Shown here: one piece after another, positions 1 to 13,292 of the stretch | How the letters are laid out: each line of letters starts with the position of its first letter | Numbering within the stretch: the first letter of the stretch is position 1 | Assembly: GCA_964016885.1 (NCBI GenBank) | Contig: OZ024742.1 | Coordinates: forward strand, 191,580,001-191,644,000 | Length of the DNA stretch: 64,000 nucleotides | Direction of reading: 5' to 3' | From: Eledone cirrhosa | Taxonomy: Eukaryota | The notes under the pieces: model-generated | The model's database searches: none | What the model saw: the letters and a program-made list of their open reading frames with translations, nothing else | What the model was told of the DNA's origin: nothing | Position numbers and translations under genes: made by a program

Positions 1-50
1 GTAATGCGCGGGTAATTGCTGGCCTTATGCCAAAAGTAGAAACAATTATT
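1..50 (+). mobile_element. 3' tail of the window's tRNA-derived SINE
   Basis: gggtaattgctggccttatgccaaaagtagaaacaattatt matches the 3' end of the complete copies at 27741-27929 and 39086-39270 (opposite strand). Confidence 0.7.
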
Positions 51-1245
51 TCGAACAGTATCAAAGTTTCAATTCGTTTTTGATATAGTAAAGTCTGATT
101 TGCTACCCTTTCGAAATAATAAGGAAAAAGCACGGCTGTAGTGTCTTTCGCAGTAGGTGATCTCAGTCGTGGCTTATGTGGAGCCAAACATTATCCCCAC
201 AACACCACAGACTAATTACAGCATTAGTCAACGTAATCTGTGCGGCTGCCCAGCCTGCTGGACATTTTTACCAAATACCATGTAATATACCAAATACCAT
301 GTAATACCATGTCTGAAAATGGCGAGAAGATAATGGATGGAACATTTTTATATCACTGATCTCCAGAATACATCTTTAATAACAATAATATCATCTTTCA
401 ACTGCTACAGAGGTGTTGTAGGCACAATTTCATGTTTGTACCTAAGCGAATTCCTTTCGTTGACGACAACAGGAAAGTTTCAGAGAAATGCATAACTATC
501 ACAACATCTCATGTGTCCTTCTGTTAGGTATAAAACAACTTCAATGTTTCTATTTTATCTGCAGTTGCCTGTTTCCTGCACTAGAATACAGTAAACAGTC
601 TTTGATTTCTGTTTGAAGTATTAGCAGACTTGCAGTTACACAAATATTGGTCCTGATTAAACACTGTAATACACGTAATCTCACCCTGATGGTGTAAAAT
701 CACGTGGCCTCAGACAATCTGAGACCAGAAGTTCATTATATTGAAATTGAAGAATCACGTCAAATAGATTGTATGTGTAAAAACAAAGTTGTTGTTTTGT
801 CAATAACCTATCTCTACACACACAGACGCACACAAACACACTGTCATTCGATAATTGAAGCCGGGGTTTAGTTTAAAGCGTTTCATCTTCGATAATTCAG
901 TAAGTACGTAGCATGGTTGTTCGAAAAACTCAATAATTATCGTTAAAACAGAAGGAAGTCTATTTACATTTCTGACTTAGGAGACCAAAGATCATACACT
1001 GTCTAACATGTAGCATTCCATATTTTGAACAGATTCTGCTTATATGGCAAAAATATAGTATGAAAAGGTAATTGAAATATACAAATATGTGTCCCTTTGT
1101 AATGTGAGAAAATCAAATTCAACACACATTCTTAGTTGGCGATATGTCGAGAACCGTTCATACACATCTATCAAATTACATATTTATGTATGTATGCATT
1201 TATGTATGTATGCATGCAAGCATGTATGTATGTGTGTGCATACAA

Positions 1246-1327
<82 letters not shown>

Positions 1328-1914
1328 CTTCTCAATTGATTAGAACATCTGTCACGGAAGATTGCCACTGAAATTCTTCATGGCCGTTAAACTAAAACTA
1401 TTTCTGTTTAATCTTCGTTTGTAGCGCTCAATTTATTTCTTATTCATCTACTAATTCTCGGATCCTTTGAGAAATGACTCGTGCAAAGCTTCAATGTCCA
1501 GGAAGCTGTTGGTCACGTAGTATGTGTGTGTGTGTGTATATATATGTGTTTGTGTGTGTATGTACATTTGGTTGTGTGTGAGAAGGAGCATTGCCGTTCC
1601 TGCTAGAAAATCATCGAGATTTAGTATTATCCTCGATAAAGGTATTTTATGAATTAATCGTTGCAGACTTGTATTCGTGAGGGGCCTCCGTCGGTTTCGA
1701 TGTAATTGTTTGCTTGTGAAATGAATGTGTAAGAGGTTGATAAATCCACAAACACTTATATTCTTTATACTCAGGGAGATTTATTGTGACACCGTGTGAT
1801 AAGGCTGTCCCTTTGAAGCACACGTGAGCACAAGTGAAGTCCAAGCGACGGCTTCTAAACAGTTTATATCCTCCCAATTTAATTTACTATGTATGGATTG
1901 ACCCGAATCTATGG

Positions 1915-2005
1915 TAAATGACACTTGCCTATGATGTTCCTCTGTGGGATAGAACCCGTGATCTCATCATTGCGAAGCGATCTCCTTAATAACTATGCTG
2001 GGTCC
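1915..2005 (-). mobile_element. Old tRNA-derived SINE head remnant
   Basis: Minus strand carries a B-box-like GGGTTCTATCCC followed by ggcaagtgtcattt, a typical tRNA-SINE layout; degenerate. Confidence 0.45.
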
Positions 2006-2270
2006 ATGTTGATATTGGAATAAGAACAAACATCAACAATGACGTCTCGTACGAAAAGAAAGATTCCAGCAACGAAGACGCCAACAACAACAAAAACAGC
2101 GATAACAAGCATAAGAACAAGTGCTAATCCACGACGTAACTACAAAACAGTCGTTATTCTCAATTCATGATGACTTGGTAGCATTTATCATGGTTTTGCT
2201 GAGAGCTTTAACTGCAAATGCTGTTACAATATATCTATCTATCTATCTATATGTCTATCTATCTTTCTAT

Positions 2271-4636
2271 CTGCGAAAGGCCGATTTCGGCCGCTGAGAT
2301 GGGAGACGCGATGAGTCAATGCGGCAAACGCAAATCTCCAGGTCTTGACGGTCTACCTTACGAATTTTACGTAGCAATGCCGGACTTGTTCTCCGGTCTC
2401 CTGGAAGCGGTCTACTGCAACTGATGGCAGAACGGGAGACTTCCCAGTTCTCTAACCAACAAGGGCGTAGTCACGTTAGTCAGGAAGGACGAGAATAAGG
2501 GGGATGGTATAGGCAACTTCCGGCCCATAACTCTGCTAAACACAGAGTTACAGATTTTGGCCTAGGTTTTGGCAAAGAGGCTGGCGATTGTCGTCGAAAA
2601 CCTGGTGGGAGAAGCGCAGACATGCGCAATCCCGACCAGGTCCATACACGACATTCTCCACCTCATGCGATACATCATAGGGAGGGTAGAGTGTAAACCC
2701 GGCTTCGGTGGGGCCCTGATCAACTTCTATCAGTCTAAGGCTTTCGATAGGGTTGGCCATCGTTACCTGGATGCGGTGCTCGAGGCGGCAGGCTTCGGAC
2801 CCGTGTTCAGGGACTGGATTACTGCAATTCACAGCAGCAACATCTGCTCAAGGGTCAAGCTGAACGGCTACCTCTCGGAGCCGTTCCATATCACGCGATC
2901 CATACGACAAGTATGCCCTCTCTCCTCCCTTCTGTACGTACTGACTCTCGAGCCACTACTGTGGAAGTTGGAGCAATTGCGGGGCATCCTTTGGAACCGG
3001 GCGTGCCAAAAGCGGCGTCGGCCTACGTCCACGACATGACAGTAATGGTGTCGAGGACCTCGCAAATCGGGGAGGTCGGCACCTTACTGAAGGAATACGA
3101 AAGGTTCACAGGAGGGAAGCTGAACCGGGACAAATCCGTCGGTTTTCAACTCGGAACGTGGAGAGGTAAACCGATGCCTTCCGATGGCGTCGTCGGACGC
3201 TGGACGGAAGGATCAGTAAAGATGCTCGGGGTCTGGTCTGGTCCGGATCACCAGGTGGAGAAGAACTGAAACGAGGTGACGGCCAAGCTGTTTGCGCTCA
3301 CCCAGAAGTGGGCCGAGTGCAAACTATCCTTGAAAGGTCAAGCGGAGGTGGCGAACACTTTTATAGCGTCCGTCATCTACTACCCCTTGACCGTCGTGCC
3401 TTGTTCAGCCAAAGCGCTCACCAAAATGGAGCGCACGCTCTTCCAATTCCTTTGGAAGAAACGGGACCTTTGGTGAGAAGATCCATCTGCTGCCAATGCC
3501 CTTCAAACGGAGGGCTGGGGATGCCGTGGCTGAAGATGCGCAAACACGCGCTCAGGCTGCGGCACCTCCACGTATTCCTCACCGGACAACCGGTGTGGGC
3601 GCCGTTTTGAGGCGTGCCTTCCCACGACTCGTCTCGCTGACCGAGCTGCAGTCCTGGGTCAAGAAAAGACCGAGGAAAATGGGCGACTTGGACATCGAAT
3701 GTGCGCAGGCGCACACAGTCCTCTGGCAAACGAACCCGGCGATCAGTGGAAACTCTACTTCGTCATTCTGTAGAGGGTTGGTCCGCAGCAAGTGCGACGA
3801 CGCGCTCGGAGAAAATCTAGGCGTAGAGGAGGACGAACTGGCCAGTCTGTTCGGTAGGACCTTCTGCCCGGGATCGATGTACAACTTCCAAAAGACCCTG
3901 GCCTGGTAGTGCGACCGAGGACATCTACCAGTTCGAGACAAGCTCTACAGACACGGGCGCCCGGACAGAGACCCTTCGAAAAAGATCTGTCCGAGATGCG
4001 GGCGCGACGAGGAAACTGTCGCGCACGCATTCGTACACTGCCCGAGCGTTACCGACCCGTGGGGCTATGTAGAACGACTTTTGTCGCTGGTGGGACCAAT
4101 CCAGTTGACCACCGAGTCCATTGTCCTGATCAAACCGCCACCCTCCTTCAAAAACGAAGGAGAGGCGGTTTTCCTATGTGTTATGCCTATGGTGAAATAG
4201 GTTATATGGTGGACGAGGTTAAAAGGGCTGAGGTAGGACACCTTTCTTCCGGCCAACAACTGATTCGTTTTTTCAAATATCATTTTGTAAGAAGAATCAG
4301 GATGGAGAGAGAGGTGTTGTACCCCAGCAAATTTTATAAAAGGTGGGTGAATGTGGCAAAGATGGCCCGAGTGGTTGGGATTTCTCTCTATATAAGCCTG
4401 TAGGTTGAGGAAAAAGAGAAATAGAGGAAGGGAGTAGTCACTCTTGGTGCTCCTGGAGATGAGGGTTGTACATTTTTTCGGGGTGTGTACAACCACTGTG
4501 TAACGCCTCCCCACTATTGGAGATTTCAATTGTTATGTGTTATTTTATTAATAGTTTTATTTTCATATACCTGTATGTAAACTCCCCATTTGTATTTGTC
4601 CCCTTCTTTTGTGCCCTTGTGGCTAATAAAGAAATG
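2271..4636 (+). mobile_element. Tx1 (L1-clade) non-LTR retrotransposon family A, 5'-truncated copy 1 (RT plus C-terminal Zn finger, broken)
   Basis: KSPGLDGLPYEFY, QSKAFDRV, RQVCPLS and SAYVHD RT motifs; CPRC..ETVAHAFVHC region; AATAAA at 4625; flanked by (TATC)n on both sides. Confidence 0.92.
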
Positions 4637-4721
4637 TATCTATCTACCTTTCTATCTATCTACCTATCTATATATCTATCTATCTATCTGTCTGTCTATC
4701 TATCTATCAATATATATATCT
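4637..4721. repeat. (TATC)n tract separating Tx1-A copies
   Basis: Directly visible; similar tracts at 2232-2270, 9453-9473 and 9929-9990. Confidence 0.9.
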
Positions 4722-4931
4722 AGGATGGACACATGTGCTGAGCTCGCTCGGTAAGTTTCGTTTAAATTTATCTGGAAATTGTGAACTTTCATTTTTGTAC
4801 CATTTTGTAGAGGGAGTGCCAGGTCAAATTTGTATCTGGTCAGTCTCTGAAAATATTCTACACCTTTAGGCGAAATAATGTTGTAAAAATGTTATCTTTC
4901 GAAAAATTTCGAAAATCCTACTTTGATAAAC

Positions 4932-6386
4932 ATGGCTGAAGCATCTTCACCAACATTCAAAGGAAGAAAGGGGAAGTTAAACTCACAGCTTCCCCCTGCC
5001 ACTGTCACAGCAGCAGATGCCAAAGGCAGAGGAGAGCCAGAGGAAGAATTTTCTCCACCTTGTGACGGACAACTTGACGTAGCCACAACTTTACAATAAA
5101 CTGAAAACAACAACAACAACGACAACAACAGCAACAATAAAGACAACAAAAACAACAACAACACCAACAACAATGATAACAACAACACCACCAACAACAA
5201 CAGCAAGACGAACAAGGAAAAGGTCTCCTTCGCCCAGACTGCAAGGAAAACCCTCGAGTACCTGCCAGTAGATATAAGCAAAGCTAAGGAGCTACTGGCA
5301 GATGTCAAAAAATACGTAGTGTACGGGGAAAATGGATCATTTTCGATCCACCCCCCACCTCACCCCCGGAACAAAAAAGTCAGAGACTCCTAAACACTGT
5401 CATGTTTAGGACAGTCTCAAACAAAAACAAAAAACCAGCTCAACCATCACAGACTGAGATAGAGCTGGTTTTAAAAGATGTCATGAAAGACATCATATTC
5501 ATTCAGAAGGATAGACTCTACGGGAGTCTATCCATTCTCATGAAGGACAGGGACACGGCATCGAAACTGTCAATAAAACCGATCACATCCACCGCATACA
5601 ACTTCTACACTACGTACATGGGTTGAAGGACACAAAAAATAAAAATTCACACCATCCTTCTGATTATGGACATATGGTGGGTATTGACAGGTTTCCTGGA
5701 CCTAGACGACGACACCTTAATATCCATGAGAAAGGCATCGGGGGACGCGTTCAGTGGAATGGGCCTCGAACTTTTAGTTCAAATGAGGCCCGAAAGGATC
5801 GCCCAGATCCCTGAACGCGTCATTCTGGATAACCAAACTTTTATTAACATTACCGTTGAGGGTAGCCGGCCCTCGTGTTACCTCTGTGGAGCCAAAGGTC
5901 ACCTGAGGGCTTTCTGTCCTCAACTTAAAAAGAAAACCCCAATCCTGCCTACACTACCAACAACTGATCAACCAACACAATCACCACAACCACCACTACA
6001 AAAACAACAACCACAGCTCAAACCAATACAAAACACTGTCCACTGCTAAACATTGTATACAACAAAAATTTATTGCAACCCAAGGGCCTAACTTCACCCA
6101 GGCAGGGGATTTCCCCCACCACAAAATGATTAAGGCCCCAGAGGACACATAAAACGCTAAAAATAAACTTTAAAGACGACGTGCCCCTCCCCCCTGCGTC
6201 GGCTGATTAAGCGCGTCCTCCTAAAATATTTCCCCACCCCCTCCCAAACACCCACACAACTCCAAACACCCCAACCACACAACACACTGATGACCCTACA
6301 CTTCCACAAACCACCACCCTCCCTACAACCGATTCCCCACCCTCATAAAAATTGTGCAGCCCGATACCCGGGACGCCGAGAGGTAA
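4932..6386 (+). pseudogene. Tx1-A ORF1 (gag-like, zinc knuckle), disrupted
   Basis: ATG at 4932; ORF pieces 5402-5626 and 5666-6049 with CX2CX4HX4C; Asn/Thr/Pro-rich low-complexity linkers. Confidence 0.75.
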
Positions 6387-6410
6387 GTGCCTTTTCACTT
6401 CACCACCAAC

Positions 6411-9240
6411 GTGGCTATTCTGAGCGTTTAGGCTGGTAGCCCTTTCGAGTCAACGCGGCCGGACTTCTTCCATCGCCTGGAGACTTTTCTAGGGATGTCC
6501 CGCTCCTTGCTATTAGTGGGTGACTGGAATGGTATCCTAGAAGCACGTTGGGACTACGTAGGGGCCTGTCCCGATAGAGAGGGGTGTAACAGCCTCAAAG
6601 GGTTAATCGGCCGATTTGACCTGGCCGATAGATATCGACTAGATTTTCCGACTGCGCCGACCTGGACTTGGGCAAACCGCAGCGTATCATCTAGGTCGTG
6701 CCTAGATAGGTTCTTAGTTAGAAATAAGGATAAGGACTTTTTAAGTTGTCCAGAAATGTTCATGGTTGGCTATTCAGACCACAAGTTAGTGACCTGCATG
6801 ATCAACCTTGACAGAACGGATAGACAGGCACCCAGTTACTGGAACCTCAACTTGTCCTTACCGGCAAGTAAAGCTTACAGGGACCAGATTAGCACTTTAG
6901 TTAAGGAGCGGTTGACGGGCGTCATCGTCAACAGCAGGTGATGTGATTCTCTCAAAAGAGAGATTAGACTAGTTTCTATAGAATTTAGCAAGGAGTTAGC
7001 CTCAAATAAAAATAGGAAGGAAAGGGACTTGGTAGACAGTGTAGAAGAGTCAATTAGAAGCGGCGACGTGGCCAGAGTGCATACCTCGGTCCGTACCTCG
7101 ACGGCCTGTCGCGTCTCTCGGACAAGGAGGAGAAGTCCTGCGAGGAGCCGATTTCAGCCGCTGAGATAGAGAACGTGCTGAGCCAATGCGGCAAACGCAA
7201 ATCCCCGGATCTCGATGGTCTTCCATACGAACTATATCTAGCTATGCCGGACTTGTTCCCCGATCTCCTCGAGGAGGTCTACTGCAACTGGCAACAGAAC
7301 GGGAGAATTCCCTGTGCTGTGAGCAAGAACGTAGTCACGCTAATGAGGAAGGACGAGAACGGGGGGGGGGGCGATATAAGTAATTTCAGGTTCATAACTC
7401 TGCTAAATACAGAGTTACAGATTTTGGCCAAGGTGCTAGCAAAGAGGTTGGCGCTTGTCGTGGGCAACCTAGTGGGAGATGCGCAGACATGTGGTATCCC
7501 GTCCAGGTCCATCCACGACAACCTCCACCTTGTGCGATATATCATAGAGAGGGTTGGGAACGAACCCGGCTTTGGTGGGCCCTGATCAACTTCGATCAAT
7601 CTCAGGCGTTCGATAGGGTCAACTATGGATGTGGTGCTAGCGGCGACAGGCTTCAGACCCGTTTTCAGGGGCTGAATCACTGCCATGCACAGCCAAGGTG
7701 ATCGGCTACCTCTCGGAGCCGTTCGAAATCGTTCGATCCATAAGACAAGGGTGCCCTCTCTCCTCCCTTCTGTATGTAATGACTCTAGAGCCACTGCTGC
7801 GGAAGTTGGAGTTGTTGCAGGGCATCCCGTTCTAACCGGGATTGCGGAAAGCGGTTTCGGCCTACGCCGATGACGTAACAGTAATGGTGTCGACGGCCTC
7901 GGAAATAGGGGCGATCGGCACTTTGCTGGAGGAGTACGAAAGGTTTACAGGGGCTCAGCTGAACGGGGACAAGTCGATCGGTTTGCAACTCAGCACGTGG
8001 AGGGGCAAATCGATGACATCCGATGGCGCCGTCGGGCGCTGGACGGAGGGCCCGGTGAAGTTGCTCGGTGTCTGGTTCGGACCAGACCTCCTGGTGGAGA
8101 AGAACTGGGGTGAGGTAACGAACAGGGTGTTTGCACTGACCCAGAAGTGGGCCGAGTGCAAACTGTCCCTGAAAGGTCGGGCGGAGGTGGCGAACACTTA
8201 TATAACGTCCGTCGTCTACTACCGCCTGACCGTCGTGCCTTGCCCAAGGGAAATGATCGCCAAAATGGAGCGCACACTCTTGCAATTCCCTTGGAAGAAG
8301 CGGGCTCCTATGGTGAGGAGATCCATCTGCTGTCAACACCCTTCGAAAGTAGGGATGGGGATGCCGTGGCTGATGATTCGTAAACACGCATTAAGGCTAG
8401 GGCACGTATTCCTCACCGGTCAACCGGTGTGGGCCCCGTTTGTGAGGCGAGCCTTTCTCAGACTCGTCCCGCTCACCGAGCTGCAGTACTGGGTCAAGCA
8501 AAGACCGAGACAACTGGGCGCCTGGCACACCGAGTGTGCCCAGGCGCTCACGGCTCTCTGGCAGGCGGACCCGGCTGTCAGTGGAGAATCCACCTCGTCA
8601 TTCTATAGAAGGCTGGTGGTTAGCAGGTGCGACGACGCCCTCGTAGAAGCCCTAGGCATGAAGGAAAACGAACTGGCCAACCTGTTCGGTAGGACATTCA
8701 GCCCGGGACCTATGGATAACTTCCAGACGTCCCTGGTCTGGCAGTGCTACCGAGGGGCTCTGCCCGTTCGAGAAAATCTCTACAGACACGGGCGCCCGGG
8801 TAGAGACCCCTCGAAAAAGATCTGTCCCAGATGCATGTGCGACGAGGAAACCGTTGCACACGCATTGGTACACTGCTCGGGCATTGCCGATCTGTGGGGC
8901 TATGTCGAACGACTGCTGTCACGGGTGGTACCGTTCCGGTTGACCACCGAGTCTATTGTAACGATCAAGCCGCCTCCCCCTCTTCAAAAACGAGGGAGAG
9001 GCGGTGTTTATGTGCGTAATAGCCATGGTGAAAGAGGTTGTAACGTGGACGCGTCTGAAAGGACTGAGGTCAGACACCTTTCTCTCTGGCCAACAACTGG
9101 TCCGTTTCTTCCGATATCATTTCGGAAGAAGGATCAGGATGGAGAGAGAGGTGCTGCACCCCAGCCGTTTTTATGAAAGATGGGTGAAAATGGCGAGAAT
9201 GGCCCGTGTGAATGGGCCTTCACTCTACATCAGACTGTAG
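6411..9240 (+). pseudogene. Tx1-A ORF2 (APE endonuclease-RT-ZnF), disrupted
   Basis: ORF pieces 6495-6941, 7175-7585, 7842-9176 and 9004-9240 carry collinear APE, RT and zinc-finger motifs. Confidence 0.88.
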
Positions 9241-9473
9241 GTGAGAAAGATGAAAGATCAAGGGAGCACCCTCTCTCTGTGCTCCTGAGGATTTAGTTAT
9301 TCAATTTATTTTTGTTATATTTTATATTTTATATTTTTATATTTTGTTATTACCTCCTCCTTATTGAGGACGCCTTTTTATGTAAACTCCCCCCCCCCCT
9401 CCATTGTACTTTTCCCACTCTTTGACGCCCTGGTGGCAAATAAAGAGAAAGTTATCTATCTATCTATCTATCT

Positions 9474-9928
9474 AAAAACGAAGGAGAGGCGTGATAGCTA
9501 TGGCGAAAGAGGTTGTATGGTGGACAAGGTTGAAAGGGCTGAGGTCAGACACCTTTCTCTCCGGCCAACAACTGATTCTATTTTTTCAAATACCACTTTG
9601 GAAGAAGAATCAGGATGGAGAGAAAGGTGCTGTACCCCAGCAAGTTTTATGAAAGGTGGGTGAAAGTGGCGAGAATGGCCCGAGTGAATGGGCCTTCTCT
9701 CTATATCAGCCTATAGGTTGAGGAAAAGGAGGAGGAGAGGAAAGGAGTACAAACTCTTTGTACTCCTGGAGATGAGGGTTGCACATTTTTTCGGGGGTAT
9801 GTGTTACCCATATGAACTGTCTCCCCCTATTGCATTTGTGATAACATTTTACACGTTTTTATTGTATGTAAACTTCCCCCTTTGTATTTGTCCCCTTCTT
9901 TTGTGCCCCTGTGGCTAATAAAGAAACA
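9474..9928 (+). mobile_element. Tx1 family A, short 3' fragment copy 3
   Basis: Matches 4150-4636 (ggctaataaagaaa terminus); bounded by TATC/TA repeats. Confidence 0.88.
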
Positions 9929-10401
9929 TATCTATATATATATATATATATATATATCTGTCTATCTATATGTCTATCTATATATCTGCCTATCTGTATG
10001 TATGTATGTATGTATGTTTTTCTGTTTATTTATTTGGCCGTTTCCATGACTGCCTATCCATCATGCTGTCTGTCCATCAGCCTCTCTCTCTTTGTCTTTC
10101 TGACTATCTATCGTTTATTCAGTATTTTAAGGAAATTAGTGGGTCACAGGAGGTGGTGCCAATATTTGTATTCGCTGCAAAAGAAGAGTGTATTAATTCA
10201 TTTTAGCATGTCGATGTTCCATATGAATGTATTTGTTGTTTATTGGCCCATTACATAAGTTTCACATATGATTGGTTCAATGTCCGTAATTGTGTTATAC
10301 ATCCGACAGTATCATCAATGTGTTCATCAGACTTGTTAATCAAGCTAAGAATAAATGTTCATCCTGCATTCTCTCTCTCTCTCTCCCTCTCCCCCCCCCC
10401 C

Positions 10402-10436
<35 letters not shown>

Positions 10437-10850
10437 CCTCTCTCTCTCTCTCTCTCTCTCTTTCTTTCTCTCTATTTCTCTCTTTCTCTCTCTCTCTCTC
10501 TCTGTATCACTTTCTCTGCATCTCTCACGCACGCACACTCTGACTCACACACAGTCACATGGAGGTGTGTAGGTGTTTAAAAATTACACGATTAGAATGA
10601 GGAAGAAGGTGCTTCAACAAAGCAAACAAAATGTCAAAAACAAAGATATATCGTAAGACATATCACAGACAACAAATAAACACAGATCCGTATACAATGT
10701 GTGTTGAATGGAAATATTTATGCTGAATGGAAGAAGAAAAAAAGGGTCCCATGTTTCTAATCAAACACACCATCGAAGAAGGGAATACTGTTGTTATAAC
10801 ATTAGAATGATACAAATTTGGAGGACAGATGTGCAGATGTGATTCAAGCA

Positions 10851-10903
<53 letters not shown>

Positions 10904-10997
10904 CGTTTCTGAATTTGTTTAGCAAGATTCTTTATCTGAAAACGTGTTAAAACTGGTGCGTATGTTTCTTATTGGCAACATGACGCTCCCAAAGTAT

Positions 10998-11060
<63 letters not shown>

Positions 11061-11130
11061 GATAAGCAGAACAAGCAAAATTTAACCAGTTTTAAAAATA
11101 AATTAAAAAATATAATATAAATATTTACCT

Positions 11131-11220
11131 CTTCTAATGAGTCTTACTGATCAGTTTCGCTTTGTAAAACACCAGAAATCCAATGGATATATAATGGAAA
11201 ACTAAAGTTCATCAGAGAAG
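11131..11220 (-). ncRNA. Type I hammerhead ribozyme (long stem II), PLE-associated remnant
   Basis: Minus strand: tct-CTGATGA-acttt...aaagc-GAAA-ctgatcag-TA-aga; palindromic stem III ACTGATCAGT; lies between (TA)n tracts. Confidence 0.7.
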
Positions 11221-11288
11221 AATTTTCCTTTCCTAGGGCTAAAGACCCAGGAACGATAAAATATATCGCCTTCTGCCAGCTAACACGG

Positions 11289-11367
<79 letters not shown>

Positions 11368-11479
11368 TTAATTAGAGTACGTGTTATCTTAACACCGATA
11401 ATTTAGTATGCATTGTAGAGCACGCGACAAGGTACACAATATATATAGTGTATAATAGATTGTATATATATATGTAATA

Positions 11480-11560
11480 ATGTTCATACTTTTGGCACAA
11501 GGCCAGCAATTATCCAGTGCATTACTGGTACTTTATTTTATCGACCCCGTAAGGATGAAA
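11480..11560 (-). mobile_element. SINE 3' fragment
   Basis: ggcacaaggccagcaatt...ttttatcgaccccgtaaggatgaaa, shared with the other copies. Confidence 0.8.
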
Positions 11561-11624
11561 TATATGTAAAAATAATTATTAATAGGGAACAAAGAATGAC
11601 TATTGCATCATATGCATAATGAAA

Positions 11625-11718
11625 CATATATTACATTTTGTTTCACTGCCGATCAGCTCAAGGAACTATCGAATTATGTTCGTATTGATTGTTGAATCGA
11701 AAGCTCCTCAGATATATG
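11625..11718 (-). ncRNA. Type I hammerhead ribozyme (long stem II)
   Basis: Minus strand: catatat-CTGAGGA-gct...agt-GAAA-caaaatg-TA-atatatg; 7-bp stem I; GUA cleavage triplet. Confidence 0.72.
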
Positions 11719-11753
11719 TTCTGACGTCTAAATGTTGCTGAATTGTTAAACAC

Positions 11754-11792
<39 letters not shown>

Positions 11793-11808
11793 GCGCACAC
11801 ACACACAC

Positions 11809-11859
<51 letters not shown>

Positions 11860-11866
11860 CATATAT

Positions 11867-13121
11867 ATATTTATTAAAATAACAGATTAAAGTTTAAGCA
11901 AAGAATCGCTGCTTTCACCCTTAACGGGAGACCACATCTTAAACAAAAAATCTGAGGCAATTTCGGCTTGTAAACATAAATTTCACAAAACTTTCCTGTA
12001 TTACAGCCCCACGTTATACCCTAACGGATAGCACGATCTATACGCGGATATTTTACGTCTTGATGTGGGAGCTAAGTATATGTTTTGTTTATTCCTTTAC
12101 TTATTTGCATAGGTAAGTATAGATTACCCGTATGTTTTGTGAAGGTATGTATACCTTCTCGTACGTATATTTGACTGGTATGGCGTATAATTTTTACATA
12201 TTCTGGTATTTAGGGTTTGGCTATGTGTATACGGGAGTTTTGCGTCTGCGTGAGTATGCAGGTTCGTACGTATGGTGGGTGTGTGTATATGTGTACTTCT
12301 TGTTTTAGTTGACTTACGTCTCCGAACATTCGTGTATTTATTTGTAGGTATGTGTGTGCGCTTGTTATATACGTATTTATTTATTTATATACGTTTATAT
12401 AATTATTTATTTATTTGTATACACGCATACACACAGACACATATTCATATGTGCGTGGTTTTGTATACCTATGTTACGGTTTTGCGTATGCTTGTGTGTG
12501 TACGTATCTGTTTGCGTGTATGCATTTATTGGTTTCAATTACTTCTGTATTGTATTTATTTACTTTGTTCTTAACTCTGTAGCGGAGATTCATTTGGTCT
12601 CCTAGTTAGAATTTTAGTCTACGACTTCTGCTATACCATTTACGTGGTTTTGTCTTTGCGTGCTATTGTTCTCTACGCTCCACATATGACGTATTATCTT
12701 CGTTTTTTTCGTTCATTGCCAGAGAACGTCTCTATGAACCACCTAAGAGAATATTAGTCTACGACCTCTTTTATACCATAAACATGGTTCTGTCTTTGCG
12801 CGTAATGGTTTTTCACCGCTCCTATTGATGACGTATTATTCGTTTTTTCCCGTTCTTTGCCAGCGAAGGTTTCCACGAACCAAAGTATCGTCTACCTGTC
12901 TTCCTCCGGTTGCAACGTTTTTTGAAATATCCAGTTCTGCGTTTACAGATTGACTTTGTTAGTTTCAGAAGATCCCGTTAAGGGTGAAAGCAGCGATTCT
13001 TTGCTTAAAATTTAATCTGTTATTTTAATAAATATTTGCTCTACGGTTCTTATATATTTGATATATATTTTCCTTATCGAGCCCTCTTTGGATTTTAGTC
13101 TTCAATTTTATTATTATTACT

Positions 13122-13122
<1 letters not shown>
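11867..13122 (+). mobile_element. 5'-truncated Naiad-type Penelope-like element with an inverted 3' piece at its 5' end
   Basis: ~11930-12031 encodes DHILNKKSEAISACKH... (same C-terminal motif as LLNRKSEIFSSCPH at ~51230-51273); 11867-11929 is an inverted copy of 12973-13035; degenerate HHR (CAGAAGA..GAAA) at ~12960-13010; (TA)n flanks. Confidence 0.8.
12615..12882 (+). repeat. Diverged ~140-bp tandem duplication in the Naiad 3' region
   Basis: tagtctacgac...tgacgtattat...gaacca occurs at 12615 and 12755. Confidence 0.75.
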
Positions 13123-13189
<67 letters not shown>

Positions 13190-13229
13190 GATATTAACAA
13201 ATGGAAACTATATTTATAAAACCATATCT

Positions 13230-13292
13230 ATTTTATTATACATATTTCAAGGAAACCATGTTAAATTATGGTATGCTTTCATCAGACAAAAT
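13230..13292 (-). ncRNA. Type I hammerhead, dispersed family H1
   Basis: Minus strand: ttttgt-CTGATGA-aag..ctt-GAAA-tatgta-TA-ataaaa; same flanking sequence as the 42729 and 59493 copies. Confidence 0.78.

Larger units (their letters stand above)
4722..9452 (+). mobile_element. Tx1 family A, near full-length copy 2 (5'UTR, ORF1, APE-RT ORF2; internal deletions and frameshifts)
   Basis: ORF1 with CCHC knuckle CYLCGAKGHLRAFC; APE motifs GDWNG, LDRFLV and SDH; RT SAYADD; AATAAA at 9439 then (TATC)n. Confidence 0.93.

Noticed and set aside
7279-8387. Antisense ORFs of 171-200 aa over Tx1 (and similar ones at 22-25 kb)
   Set aside because: Shadows of GC-rich LINE coding sequence with no recognisable motifs.
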